DNA of 64,000 nucleotides. Origin: a virus. The position numbers were made by a program, and so were the translations under genes. Every line of letters begins with the position of its first letter. Positions within the stretch are counted from its first letter, which is position 1. The notes beneath the pieces were generated by a model. That model did not search any database and was not told the origin of the DNA. It was given only the letters and a program-made list of their open reading frames with translations. Where the stretch lies: UHGV virus genome UHGV-1366171; one strand, given 5' to 3'. Positions 35,910 through 44,874 of this stretch are shown one piece after another.

Positions 35910-36539
35910 ATGAGTAATGCAATAAAGGCGGAAAACGGAATAGAAGTATATGAGCATGATATAAAGTATTATGCTGACGAATATATAAGTCAGTTACCAG
36001 AAAAGGAGGATAGCATAAATAATAATCCTAGTTTATTTACTGGCATGATTAAGTATATCTATAAGCATTTATTTAAGCCTGGTAAAAAAGATAAAGTAAA
36101 GTATAATGCTAATACTAACTTAGATACGGGAGATATAGAGTTATTAAATAATATCTGGGAGGTATATACAGAGCTTTGTTATAAGTATAATAAACGTCCG
36201 ACTATATTAAATTTTAGTCTTTTGATAGGCATTGATAATAGGACTATTGATACTTGGAGGCGCGGGGAATTCAGGGCCGGAGAGGACGGGGCAAGCTCTG
36301 CACACTCTCAAACGGTCAAAAAATGGCTGGCAGAATGTGAGTCTAGTTTGGTCGACGGAGCCACGGAACGGAACTCTGTGGGGTGCATATTTGCCCTAAA
36401 AGCTAATTACGGTTATACAGAGACACCGCAACGTGTAGAGATCGTAAATGGCCAGCAGCCGGAGCAGATCGCAGCAGACATAGCGGCACGGCATAAGATA
36501 GGACAAGTTGAAAAGCCAGAACTACCGGAAGATTTATAA
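35910..36539 (+). CDS. Hypothetical protein
   Basis: 209 aa ORF with RBS GGTGAGGTT. A terminase-small-subunit-like role was considered and rejected (wrong position relative to the large terminase at 48758). Confidence 0.3.
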   Translation: MSNAIKAENGIEVYEHDIKYYADEYISQLPEKEDSINNNPSLFTGMIKYIYKHLFKPGKKDKVKYNANTNLDTGDIELLNNIWEVYTELCYKYNKRPTILNFSLLIGIDNRTIDTWRRGEFRAGEDGASSAHSQTVKKWLAECESSLVDGATERNSVGCIFALKANYGYTETPQRVEIVNGQQPEQIAADIAARHKIGQVEKPELPEDL

Positions 36540-36838
36540 ATGTAACACAATATATAGTTTAAATCAGATTTATAATGCTATATATTGATTGTTACAATGT
36601 AAAAACAGGGTACACTTTGATTTTACAGTTAGATATTGATTTATTTTTGTGCAATATGACAATAAAAATAGTGCTAAAGAATACGGCAGAGGGGAGCATT
36701 GACAGCTTGACAGATGGGACGGGGTCTAAAACAGATCAGCCGCACCGCCCAAATGACCTCTAAATCCGCCCCAAAAAGAAAAAAGACCGTTTTAAGAATA
36801 CTGGATTCCATTTTTCCCGAAAAATAAAAAAGAGCCTG

Positions 36839-37000
36839 TTATTTATCAACAGACTCAAGATACATTGCAATAGCTTTATCAAATAATTTGCTTAATGGTA
36901 TTCCAGTTTTATCAGAATAATCCTTTAGTTTTTGATACAATTCCTTGTCAATGGCAGTAGATATAGCGGTTCTGTTTTTAAGACCTCTGTTTGTAGTCAT
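36839..37000 (-). CDS. Ribbon-helix-helix (CopG/Arc-like) regulator, copy 1
   Basis: MTTNRGLKNRTAISTAIDKELYQKLKDYSDKTGIPLSKLFDKAIAMYLESVDK; RBS GGAGGTG; divergent from the serine recombinase; about 75% identical to the copy at 46914-47075. Confidence 0.55.
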   Translation of the reverse strand: MTTNRGLKNRTAISTAIDKELYQKLKDYSDKTGIPLSKLFDKAIAMYLESVDK

Positions 37001-37124
37001 AAGATACACCTCCTTTTGAAAAAAGTATATTATATCTTTCAATTTATTTCAATAAATACTTGATTTTATTTTCAAAAATGATATAATTGAAAGTAGTTGA
37101 AATAAACTTAAAGGAGATGTTTTT

Positions 37125-37724
37125 ATGAAGATTGGCTATGTCAGAGTATCAGCAGCAGACCAGAATGTGGCAAGGCAGATTAAAGCTATGCAGGAAGAAG
37201 GCGTGGAGAAAATATATATAGATAAGCAGTCAGGAAAAGACTTCAACCGTCCAGAGTACAAGAAAATGATTTCTAGCCTAAAACATGGAGATGTCCTTGT
37301 ACTTCATTCAATAGACAGGCTTGGAAGAAACTACGAGGAAATTCTTGAACAATGGAGGATTATCACAAAAGAGATCAAGGCAGATGTAATTGTTCAAGAT
37401 ATGCCGCTCCTTAATACAACAATTTCAAGAGATTTGGACGGAACCTTTATAGCAGATTTGGTACTCCAGATATTATCTTATGTTTCTGCAAAAGAGCGTG
37501 ACAACATAAAACGTAGACAGCGTGAGGGTATCGCCATTGCGAAAACACAGGGGAAATACAAAGGGGGAAAATCGAAAAGGATTGACGAGCAATTATTTAC
37601 TGAAAATCTTGTAAGATACAGAAATGGAGAAATTACAAAGTTTCAATTTGCAGTAAATATTGGTGTATCAAGACCGACACTTGACAAAATTATTAAAGAA
37701 CGGGAGGAAGCGAATAATGATTGA
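37125..37724 (+). CDS. Small serine recombinase (resolvase/invertase family)
   Basis: MKIGYVRVSAADQNVARQ ... LVLHSIDRLGRN, with the catalytic Ser in the YVRVS motif and a C-terminal HTH. Confidence 0.85.
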   Translation: MKIGYVRVSAADQNVARQIKAMQEEGVEKIYIDKQSGKDFNRPEYKKMISSLKHGDVLVLHSIDRLGRNYEEILEQWRIITKEIKADVIVQDMPLLNTTISRDLDGTFIADLVLQILSYVSAKERDNIKRRQREGIAIAKTQGKYKGGKSKRIDEQLFTENLVRYRNGEITKFQFAVNIGVSRPTLDKIIKEREEANND

Positions 37725-38178
37725 TTTATCAAATAAATATTTCAGAACTGAGTCCGATGAACAGAGTAATAGGCTATTGAGAATTGCAGTAGCGCAAGGC
37801 TATCATCTTCCGAAAGGCATTGCCGCTTTAATTGGAAACCGAATTTTTAAATTCACAGGCTTTCCATATAAGGCGGTATCATTTCCAGAGAATATATCGG
37901 CAAATGAAGCAGTTATTGACTATGCAGACGCATTCGGTGATGAAGATAGGGAACTCAAAGAGATTTTAGATCGTTCAACTAGATTCTGTCGAGCGCATGG
38001 GTATAGTATACTTAGAATTTATGCAGATGAAAATGACAATGAGTATTCCGGTTCCGCTTTTGCGAAAACAGTTGATGGAGGTAACATTAAGACTGAAACA
38101 CGGCTTCCTAAACCAAGAAAAGTTACTCTGGAAGAAATTGAACAGCGATTCGGCTGTCCTATCGAAATAGTGTCATAA
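37717..38178 (+). CDS. Hypothetical protein
   Basis: Start at ATGATTGATTTATC with RBS GGAGGAAG, overlapping the recombinase end. Confidence 0.35.
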   Translation: MIDLSNKYFRTESDEQSNRLLRIAVAQGYHLPKGIAALIGNRIFKFTGFPYKAVSFPENISANEAVIDYADAFGDEDRELKEILDRSTRFCRAHGYSILRIYADENDNEYSGSAFAKTVDGGNIKTETRLPKPRKVTLEEIEQRFGCPIEIVS

Positions 38179-38450
38179 AATTTTACCACAATTTTCGCCT
38201 ACCGGCAAACACATCAGATAAATTCTAATTCACTTACAAAAGATAAAGCCCATTCGGGTGAATAATTCCACAAAAGATAAAATCGGGCAATCCGAAAAAA
38301 TTCCAAAAACAAAAAACGAGTTACGTCAACCGCAATTTTGGATATGACCCCTAATCATAAAACCTATGGCGTAATGTATTATGTTTCCTGAACTGCAATC
38401 TATTAAGCGTATAATTTGGGATTATAAAAGCGAAAAAACAGGAAATGTTT

Positions 38451-38523
38451 GGGAATATAGCTCAGCCAGGAGAGCACATGACTGTTAATCATGTTGTCGA
38501 AGGTTCAAGTCCTTCTGTTCCCG
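38451..38523 (+). tRNA. tRNA-Asn (anticodon GTT)
   Basis: Manual fold: acceptor GGGAATA/TGTTCCC, D-arm GCTC-AGCCAGGA-GAGC, anticodon stem CATGA/TCATG with loop CTGTTAA, T-arm GAAGG-TTCAAGT-CCTTC, discriminator G. Confidence 0.8.
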
Positions 38524-38870
38524 TTTTGGTTCTCATACAGCAGAATGAAGATGTGTCATTGGTTCAAGTCCAATCATTCCTGAAATGGAATGTCGCCCAG
38601 CTGGTAGGGCAATCTATTTATATTTTGAGAACTGTAAAAAACAGAGGTACGCAGCAACAGCAATGACTTAATGGCAAATGATTTGTATGCAAAACAAAGA
38701 AAATACGGTTCGATTCCGTGAAATATGCGTACTGTAAAAACAACTAAAAACCTATGTAACGCCAAACAGCAATTTATTCGCTTAAAAAAGCATATTGGTT
38801 CAACTCCAATCGTATCCGTGGAGGATATGCCCTAGTGGTCAAGGGAAATTGGCGTAATGAAAGGAGATTT
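38524..38870 (+). ncRNA. Array of partial tRNA-like modules (candidate Y-RNA-like / YrlA-like RNA) between tRNA-Asn and the Ro60-like gene
   Basis: No ORF on either strand. Contains a T-arm CATTGGTTCAAGTCCAATCATTCC (38555-38580), a D-arm-like GTCGCCCAGCTGGTAGGGCA (38591-38610), T-arms ACGGTTCGATTCCGT (38716-38730) and ATTGGTTCAACTCCAAT (38794-38810), and a repeated ACTGTAAAAA(A)CA. Confidence 0.4.
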
Positions 38871-38872
38871 TT

Positions 38873-40327
38873 ATGAATTTTTCAGATGTAATGAGAGAAG
38901 AAAGCAAGTGGACAAAGACCGAGAACGGAGCAGACGCAAAGAATACTACGGATTCTGCTTTGCTGGATATGTTTGCGACTATCGGTGCCATGCGTACCAG
39001 ATCAGAGGATGAGATTGTCAAGAAATTTGAGCTGGCATTTCAGGAAGACTCGTTAGGCGCTATGCGTTGCCTGTTCTATGCCAGAGACATTCATGGAGGT
39101 TTAGGCGAGCGCCGTGTGTTCCGTGTTCTTTTGACATACATAGCAAATAAGCATACAGAAGAATTAAGAAAGAACATAGATAAAATACCAGAATACGGAC
39201 GCTGGGACGACGTTTATTCTCTCGTCGGAACGAAATTAGAGGATAATATGTGGGATGATGTAAAGTATCAACTTTTAAAAGATAAAGTATTGATGAAGAA
39301 TGAAGAGTCGTCTTCCCTTCTCGCTAAATGGCTCAAAAAGGCTGATGCTTCTAGCCCGAACACTCGGAAACTGGGAATTTATACGGCAAAGAAGTTAGGA
39401 ATGTCCGTATATGACTATAAACGTCTTTGTAATCGCCTGAGAAAGCATATTGATGTTGTGGAGCAGCGCATGTCGGCCCGCCAGTGGGATACCATTAATT
39501 ATCCGGCGGTTCCATCCAGGGCAATGATGAATTACCGAAAGGCATTTGCTCGTCACGATCAGGAACGTTTTGAAGAATATATAAACAAAGTTTCCTCTGG
39601 CGAACAGAAAATCAATGCAGCCACTCTTTATCCGTATGACATTGTTGAGAAAATTTTGTATCACAGTGAGAATAGCAAGGTTCTGGAGGCTCAATGGGAT
39701 AATCTGCCAAACTACGTTGATGGAGATGTAAACGCAGTGGTTATGGCGGATGTGTCAGGCTCCATGTATGGCAGACCGATGGCAACCTCTATTGGACTGG
39801 CAATGTACTTCGCAGAGCGAAACAAAGGTGCATACCATAATCTGTTTATGACATTCTCTGGTCGCCCGAAGTTCGTGGAGATAAAAGGAAATACCATAAC
39901 TCAAAAAATCAACTTCATTTCAAGAGCAAGTTGGCAGATGAATACAGACCTTGAAGCTGCCCTGATGAAGATTCTGGATGTGGCGATTGAAAATCATTGT
40001 TCACAGGAAGAAATGCCGAAATCTCTCATTATCATTTCAGATATGGAGATTGATTGCTGCACAAACCAGAAACATAGAGAGAATTTCTACGATTATGTTT
40101 CCAGAGTATATAAGGAACATGGGTATAAAATCCCGAATGTAGTTTTCTGGAATGTTAATAGCAGGCATGATGTATTTCTGGCAGATAAGAACCGAAAGGG
40201 TGTGCAGCTTGTTTCTGGACAGTCCGTAAGCACATTTAAAAACCTGATCGGTTGCGTGGATAAGACACCGGTTGAAATGATGTATTCCGTCCTGAACAGT
40301 GACCGCTATCAGGCGATTCAGATTTGA
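38873..40327 (+). CDS. Ro60/TROVE-like protein with C-terminal von Willebrand A domain (DUF2828-like phage Ro homologue)
   Basis: About 280 aa alpha-helical N-terminal region; then a vWA with MIDAS motif AVVMADVSGSMYG ... SLIIISDMEID; position and architecture match bacterial/phage Rsr-like proteins that sit next to tRNA-like Y RNAs. Confidence 0.55.
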   Translation: MNFSDVMREESKWTKTENGADAKNTTDSALLDMFATIGAMRTRSEDEIVKKFELAFQEDSLGAMRCLFYARDIHGGLGERRVFRVLLTYIANKHTEELRKNIDKIPEYGRWDDVYSLVGTKLEDNMWDDVKYQLLKDKVLMKNEESSSLLAKWLKKADASSPNTRKLGIYTAKKLGMSVYDYKRLCNRLRKHIDVVEQRMSARQWDTINYPAVPSRAMMNYRKAFARHDQERFEEYINKVSSGEQKINAATLYPYDIVEKILYHSENSKVLEAQWDNLPNYVDGDVNAVVMADVSGSMYGRPMATSIGLAMYFAERNKGAYHNLFMTFSGRPKFVEIKGNTITQKINFISRASWQMNTDLEAALMKILDVAIENHCSQEEMPKSLIIISDMEIDCCTNQKHRENFYDYVSRVYKEHGYKIPNVVFWNVNSRHDVFLADKNRKGVQLVSGQSVSTFKNLIGCVDKTPVEMMYSVLNSDRYQAIQI

Positions 40328-40333
40328 GGTAGA

Positions 40334-40592
40334 TATGATTCTAGAAATTTCAAAATTATCATTCCATTGCGATAAATGCGGAAAAGAATTCGTTCTAAAA
40401 GGACATTGGTATAATCAGGTGCTGATTGAGTGGTGGAGAGAGGTTCGATGGATTGTGCATTGCATAACAAAGCATCCAGAGACACCAAACAAGAGAGATG
40501 TTTTATATGTCCTGAGAGTGATTGTAGCTTTTGTACCTCTGCTGATATTGCAGATACTTGATATTATTGCAACGCCATTTAGACACTTATGA
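40334..40592 (+). CDS. Small zinc-ribbon + TM hypothetical protein
   Basis: MILEISKLSFHCDKCGKEF... plus C-terminal hydrophobic VIVAFVPLLILQILDII. Confidence 0.3.
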
Positions 40593-40605
40593 TTGAGGTG
40601 AAAAT

Positions 40606-40971
40606 ATGTCAGCATTAGACGGAAAAATCATAATCGAAAGAGAATTCAGACCGTGTATCGTACATATTCCAGAAAAACGGCAGAATTATCGTAAGAGAGG
40701 CGATGAGCTGAATGTGTATGATAAGGTGATTGAACCAGAAAAGAATATAAAAGCGTTATTTCACTGTTGGAATTTCCGGTCTGAACTTGTTGAAGAGCCA
40801 CTGTGTTATGGCGGTTATCATGCGGGACAGATTTCGGCCACGTTTGCCCTTGTTGAATACGAGGACGGCACAATCCATGAGGTAGAGCCAGCACAGATAC
40901 GATTTGCAGACAATGCCATGAGTGAATATGCGTTCCCGGAAATGGAGGAAAATAATGTGTGGGGAAATTGA
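40606..40971 (+). CDS. Hypothetical protein
   Basis: 121 aa ORF. Confidence 0.35.
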   Translation: MSALDGKIIIEREFRPCIVHIPEKRQNYRKRGDELNVYDKVIEPEKNIKALFHCWNFRSELVEEPLCYGGYHAGQISATFALVEYEDGTIHEVEPAQIRFADNAMSEYAFPEMEENNVWGN

Positions 40972-41353
40972 AGTTGGAAGATGTGAATGCTGTGGAAAAG
41001 ATAATGTACCACTTGAGAGAACTTATTTTAGATACCCATTTGAATGTGAGTGTCATTCTCCGGAACATTTTATCTTAGTTCGACATTGCGAAGATTGTGA
41101 TCCAATAGAGCCAAGAGAGACAAAAGTTGTCTTTAAAACAGAAGATTTGAAAAACCCATTTGCACTTGCTTTTAAAATTATGCAAAAAGAAATGAGAAAA
41201 ACAAGAGATATAAAAGGCGAAATATATGATGTTTGGGAATCTAATCTTGCAATGATGATTTATGATTCTGTACCAAATATGACAGCAGATCGGGCGAATG
41301 AAATAGCTTCAAAGTGGCTTGATAGATTATTTAAAATTGGAGAGCAACCATGA
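40955..41353 (+). CDS. Cys-rich hypothetical protein
   Basis: MCGEIEVGRCECCGKDNVPLE...; RBS GGAGGAAAATA. Confidence 0.35.
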   Translation: MCGEIEVGRCECCGKDNVPLERTYFRYPFECECHSPEHFILVRHCEDCDPIEPRETKVVFKTEDLKNPFALAFKIMQKEMRKTRDIKGEIYDVWESNLAMMIYDSVPNMTADRANEIASKWLDRLFKIGEQP

Positions 41354-41535
41354 GCCTTAACAAATCTATCAAGTCAGGCAAAGAACATCGCAAACCGTAT
41401 ACTGGAGCAAAATCTATAGCTAAAGGCTGCCGAAATCATGGAACATGTGATTGGTGTCTAGGAAATCGGACGCACAAGAACGATAAGCGGGAACTGGCGG
41501 CAGAGCAGGAGTTGATAGACTTTGAAAAAATGTGA
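41350..41535 (+). CDS. Hypothetical protein
   Basis: 61 aa; CRNHGTCDWCLGNRTH. Confidence 0.3.
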   Translation: MSLNKSIKSGKEHRKPYTGAKSIAKGCRNHGTCDWCLGNRTHKNDKRELAAEQELIDFEKM

Positions 41536-41708
41536 AACATGTAAGAATTACTCGGACTTAATCGTTGTTCCAACTGGATTTGGAGAGTGCTGGTATTGCC
41601 AAGCGAATGAATGTGTATTCTGTACAAAGGATGGCAAATATTGTGATAAATACGAAAAAGGCGAAAATAATGGTGGTAAATTGGAAGAGTGATAAAGGGT
41701 GAAATAGT

Positions 41709-41924
41709 ATGACGATTGAACAGTTGGAAAAGGCAAATGAGATCAGATTTAAATTGGATAAACTTGACTATTTTGGACGAATGTTTATTTCGAATAGCAC
41801 AGTATGGTTAGTGGCAGAGAAAGAAGAGTTATATTTAAAAGATTATCCAGAACTTGTAGTATTAATTCAAAACTATATATCAGATAAAATTGCAGAACTG
41901 AAAATAGAGTTAGAGGAGTTATGA
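41709..41924 (+). CDS. Hypothetical protein
   Basis: 71 aa. Confidence 0.3.
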   Translation: MTIEQLEKANEIRFKLDKLDYFGRMFISNSTVWLVAEKEELYLKDYPELVVLIQNYISDKIAELKIELEEL

Positions 41925-42021
41925 TGAAATGTATCTCAGCCGTCACGATCGGAAAATTGATAGAAATAAATCTGGACGGTGGCAAAGCAGTTGAATAGAT
42001 GGATTGTATAGGAGGAAAATT

Positions 42022-42264
42022 ATGAGGAAAGAGAAATTTAAAATCCAAGTTGGAGATGTTTTATATGAAGCGTCAATTATGTATGGAAAAGTAATAGAAC
42101 ATAAAGTTGTAAATGTGTTTCTGGAAGATTATGTGTCTGGATGGAAAACAATGGTTGTTACAGAATCTTATCTCGGAAGAAATACAAAGTTTTGTACAGA
42201 TGTAATAAATTGGTTTGACACAGTGGAGGAAGCGGAGAAGTCATTAAAAGAAAAACGCAGGTGA
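42022..42264 (+). CDS. Hypothetical protein
   Basis: Start ATGAGGAAAGAG with RBS GGAGGAAAATT. Confidence 0.3.
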   Translation: MRKEKFKIQVGDVLYEASIMYGKVIEHKVVNVFLEDYVSGWKTMVVTESYLGRNTKFCTDVINWFDTVEEAEKSLKEKRR

Positions 42265-42283
42265 TGTAAATGGGGTTGATAAC

Positions 42284-42670
42284 ATGGATAAAGGCAGAAT
42301 AAAAAATATTCTTTTTGCAGCAGACACATTCAAAGAATGTAATCAATTTCTGAATGACTTGGCAAATGATTTATTTGAGAAAGGGATAATTTTTGATATT
42401 AATAAACGTGCTATGTCAATAAAAACAAAAAACGCTCGTTTGATATGTGTATCAGAAACTTTAAGTTATTCAGGATTATTCCAAAGACTCCCATTTGATT
42501 ACTACATATTTACGGGTTATGCAAGATGGGAAGAACATGGGTTTCATAAGTTATGTATTTCAAGAACAAAGATTGGGGCAAAAGAAATAGATGATATGAA
42601 CGATCTAATTCGTGTAATGCTTGGTGAGGAAATGCTAAATGGTCGGGGAAATGATAATAAAACCAGTTGA
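42284..42670 (+). CDS. Hypothetical protein
   Basis: 128 aa. Confidence 0.3.
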   Translation: MDKGRIKNILFAADTFKECNQFLNDLANDLFEKGIIFDINKRAMSIKTKNARLICVSETLSYSGLFQRLPFDYYIFTGYARWEEHGFHKLCISRTKIGAKEIDDMNDLIRVMLGEEMLNGRGNDNKTS

Positions 42671-42851
42671 AACAAAATATGTGATTTGGTTTAAAAAGCT
42701 ATTGGACGACACGGGAGAAAATACAGGAATGACTATTTGTGCGGACAGAGCAGAGATCAAAGGCAAATATCTTATTTTGTATAAAAAGGATTCTGTCGTT
42801 TACTTCTGTCCGATAAAGAGGATTGATAGTTTTTATGCGAGAGAAGTTTAA
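42639..42851 (+). CDS. Hypothetical protein
   Basis: 70 aa. Confidence 0.25.
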   Translation: MVGEMIIKPVETKYVIWFKKLLDDTGENTGMTICADRAEIKGKYLILYKKDSVVYFCPIKRIDSFYAREV

Positions 42852-43080
42852 ATTAAAAAATCCTTTAAAGACGATTTTTTGTAAACATGAATGGAAAAGG
42901 ATAAACTCAGTAAAAGATAGCAGGGGATATATAATTATGAAAATGTGCTCTAAATGTGGAAGGACTAAGATTTATAAAGTATAGCCAAATATTTGCGTGA
43001 TTTGGAAGGAGATAGGGAAATGAGAAAATTTGAAAAAGGCGATGTTGTTATTGAGATTTGTAGGAATTTGGAGGATTGAA

Positions 43081-43308
43081 ATGTTAAAATGTAAAATTTG
43101 CGGAACAGAATTTCCGCCAGTAAAAGAGAGGCATTATATTTGCTGGGATAATGGGAAAATCAGACTTGCAACGGCTTTTGGAGCAAATAATGAGGAGAGC
43201 TTGTTTGATTCCTTTGATTGTCCGATGTGTGGTTGCCAAATTATAGCACAGGATAGAAAACGTACATATTGTTCGGTAAAAGTTGAAAAGGAAGTGGATG
43301 AGACGTAA
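43081..43308 (+). CDS. Zinc-ribbon hypothetical protein
   Basis: MLKCKICGTEF...CPMCGCQ; RBS GGAGG. Confidence 0.35.
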   Translation: MLKCKICGTEFPPVKERHYICWDNGKIRLATAFGANNEESLFDSFDCPMCGCQIIAQDRKRTYCSVKVEKEVDET

Positions 43309-43682
43309 TGTTAGCAAACGTGAAGATTGAGCAGGATAAGAATGATAAACACATACATAGAGTATTTGTAGATGGAAAGCAGATTGAAAAAATCACACAC
43401 CTTGATTTTCAGATAAATCCGCTGGAGATTCCTAGCGTCACATTAAATATTGAGCAAATGAGCGGTATTGATTTTGAAGGACAGGCAGATGTAAATTTCT
43501 TGGATACTCCTTTTACAATCCAGAATGCTTGCCGAATCCTTAGAGAAGAACTTCTGGAACACGAAGATCTTTATAGAGCATTCTCGGCGAGCATATATAG
43601 TGCATTAAATGAAATTCCAGAAGGTACATATATTGATAAAATGCCGGAAATTATTTTAAACAGGATTATAGGGGAGGAATGA
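43308..43682 (+). CDS. Hypothetical protein
   Basis: 124 aa. Confidence 0.35.
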   Translation: MLANVKIEQDKNDKHIHRVFVDGKQIEKITHLDFQINPLEIPSVTLNIEQMSGIDFEGQADVNFLDTPFTIQNACRILREELLEHEDLYRAFSASIYSALNEIPEGTYIDKMPEIILNRIIGEE

Positions 43683-43683
43683 T

Positions 43684-43899
43684 ATGAAAGAAAAAATTAA
43701 GCAGGGTGGAATTATAGCAGTAGTAGTAATTGGACTTTTAGTAGTGTTGTATGGAATAAGCTGGATCGTTACCTGCGGGATTATAAAACTGATTACTATG
43801 TGTTTTGGGTGGAAGTTCAGTTGGGCGATTGCTACAGGAATATGGTTGATAATTTGCATTTTGAAGAGTATTTTCAGCGTGACAGTAAAAAAGGATTAG
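43684..43899 (+). CDS. Small membrane protein
   Basis: Two TM helices (GGIIAVVVIGLLVVLYGISWIV, WAIATGIWLIICIL). Confidence 0.35.
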   Translation: MKEKIKQGGIIAVVVIGLLVVLYGISWIVTCGIIKLITMCFGWKFSWAIATGIWLIICILKSIFSVTVKKD

Positions 43900-43908
43900 G
43901 TGCAAGAT

Positions 43909-44070
43909 ATGTGGTTTAGGTATTTAATATCATTCATTGATGTTTTAATGGTTTTTTGCCTGATATATTTTATGAATGGATTGTCCTGGGAAGATAATAA
44001 AGCCTCTATTTTAGGATTCGGAATAATGTTTTTCAGTTATATAGCGAGTATTGCTCTAATGTGGATATAA
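43909..44070 (+). CDS. Small membrane protein (53 aa, below the track cutoff)
   Basis: MWFRYLISFIDVLMVFCLIYF... Confidence 0.25.
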   Translation: MWFRYLISFIDVLMVFCLIYFMNGLSWEDNKASILGFGIMFFSYIASIALMWI

Positions 44071-44078
44071 GGCTTATT

Positions 44079-44167
44079 TTGGGCTATCGCCAAGCGGTTA
44101 AGGCACCGGGCTTTGACCCCGGAAGAGAAGGAACGCTCTTTACGCTGGTTCGAATCCAGCTAGCCCA
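44079..44167 (+). tRNA. Class II (long variable arm) tRNA with apparent anticodon UUG; identity ambiguous (Ser/Leu-type body, Gln anticodon)
   Basis: Acceptor TGGGCTA/TAGCCCA, D GCC-AAGCGGTTAA-GGC, anticodon stem CCGGG/CCCGG with loop CTTTGAC, 21-nt variable arm, T-arm GCTGG-TTCGAAT-CCAGC, discriminator G. Confidence 0.5.
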
Positions 44168-44390
44168 GTTGGTTTCTGATTTTGGCATAGAAACTTTCTC
44201 CACCACCTACGGCGCAAGGCTGTGACAAAAGGAGATTCAAATGCTCCGGGTGGTTTTGTCCGACTACTGTTTGAGGACGTAAAATAAAAGAACAGCGTGT
44301 AGATTGGCGGTAAGGCGATACGATTCTAAATACCGCATGGTGCCTAAAGCAGCACGATAAATAATGCAAAAACGGGAGAAATCCCGTTAC

Positions 44391-44464
44391 GGATCATTAG
44401 CTCAGATGGTGAGAGCCGTTGCCTCATAAGCAGAAGGTCGTAGGTTCGAGTCCTACATGATCCA
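44391..44464 (+). tRNA. tRNA-Met (or Ile-lysidine), anticodon CAT
   Basis: Acceptor GGATCAT/ATGATCC, D GCTC-AGATGGTGA-GAGC, anticodon loop CTCATAA, T-arm GTAGG-TTCGAGT-CCTAC. Confidence 0.7.
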
Positions 44465-44523
44465 TTCCGCCATAGCTAGTACCCTTTGGCTGTCAGGTAC
44501 GGCAGCGGCTATGGTAGGAACCA

Positions 44524-44607
44524 CGAGACGTAGCTAAATTGGCAGAGCACTGAAAGCCGGATACAACTATGTACAGAAGACGGCGGTTCGAATCCGCCCG
44601 TCTCGAT
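44524..44607 (+). tRNA. tRNA-like gene, 84 nt, with good acceptor and T-arm but unresolved anticodon arm
   Basis: Acceptor CGAGACG/CGTCTCG and T-arm GGCGG-TTCGAAT-CCGCC are perfect; the 32 nt between D-arm and T-arm cannot be folded into a standard anticodon arm. Confidence 0.35.
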
Positions 44608-44801
44608 TTTACCACTTAGCAGGATGGGTATACCTGCTACGAAATCCTGTGAAAAAACTTTTCTAGAGAGATAAGACCAAAGGTCGTGAGGAGCAGTAGT
44701 CGGTGATTCTGGAAGATTCCCGGAAGTATGAGATGCAAAACGCCGTAAGTCTGTGGTACCTGCGACACGTTAATTGCATGGTGGTTTTATAAGGGAATAC
44801 G

Positions 44802-44874
44802 CCGATATAGTTCAATGGTAGAACGCTACACTTGTAATGTAGATGCTATTGGTTCGAGTCCGATTATCGGCTTT
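44802..44874 (+). tRNA. tRNA-Thr (anticodon TGT)
   Basis: Acceptor GCCGATA/TATCGGC, D AGTTCAATGGTAGAAC, anticodon stem CTACA/TGTAG with loop CTTGTAA, T-arm ATTGG-TTCGAGT-CCGAT. Confidence 0.75.

Noticed and set aside
35910-36539. Terminase small subunit call for the 209-aa ORF
   Set aside because: Only weak, composition-level resemblance. It is 12 kb away from and not adjacent to the large terminase, so it is left as hypothetical.
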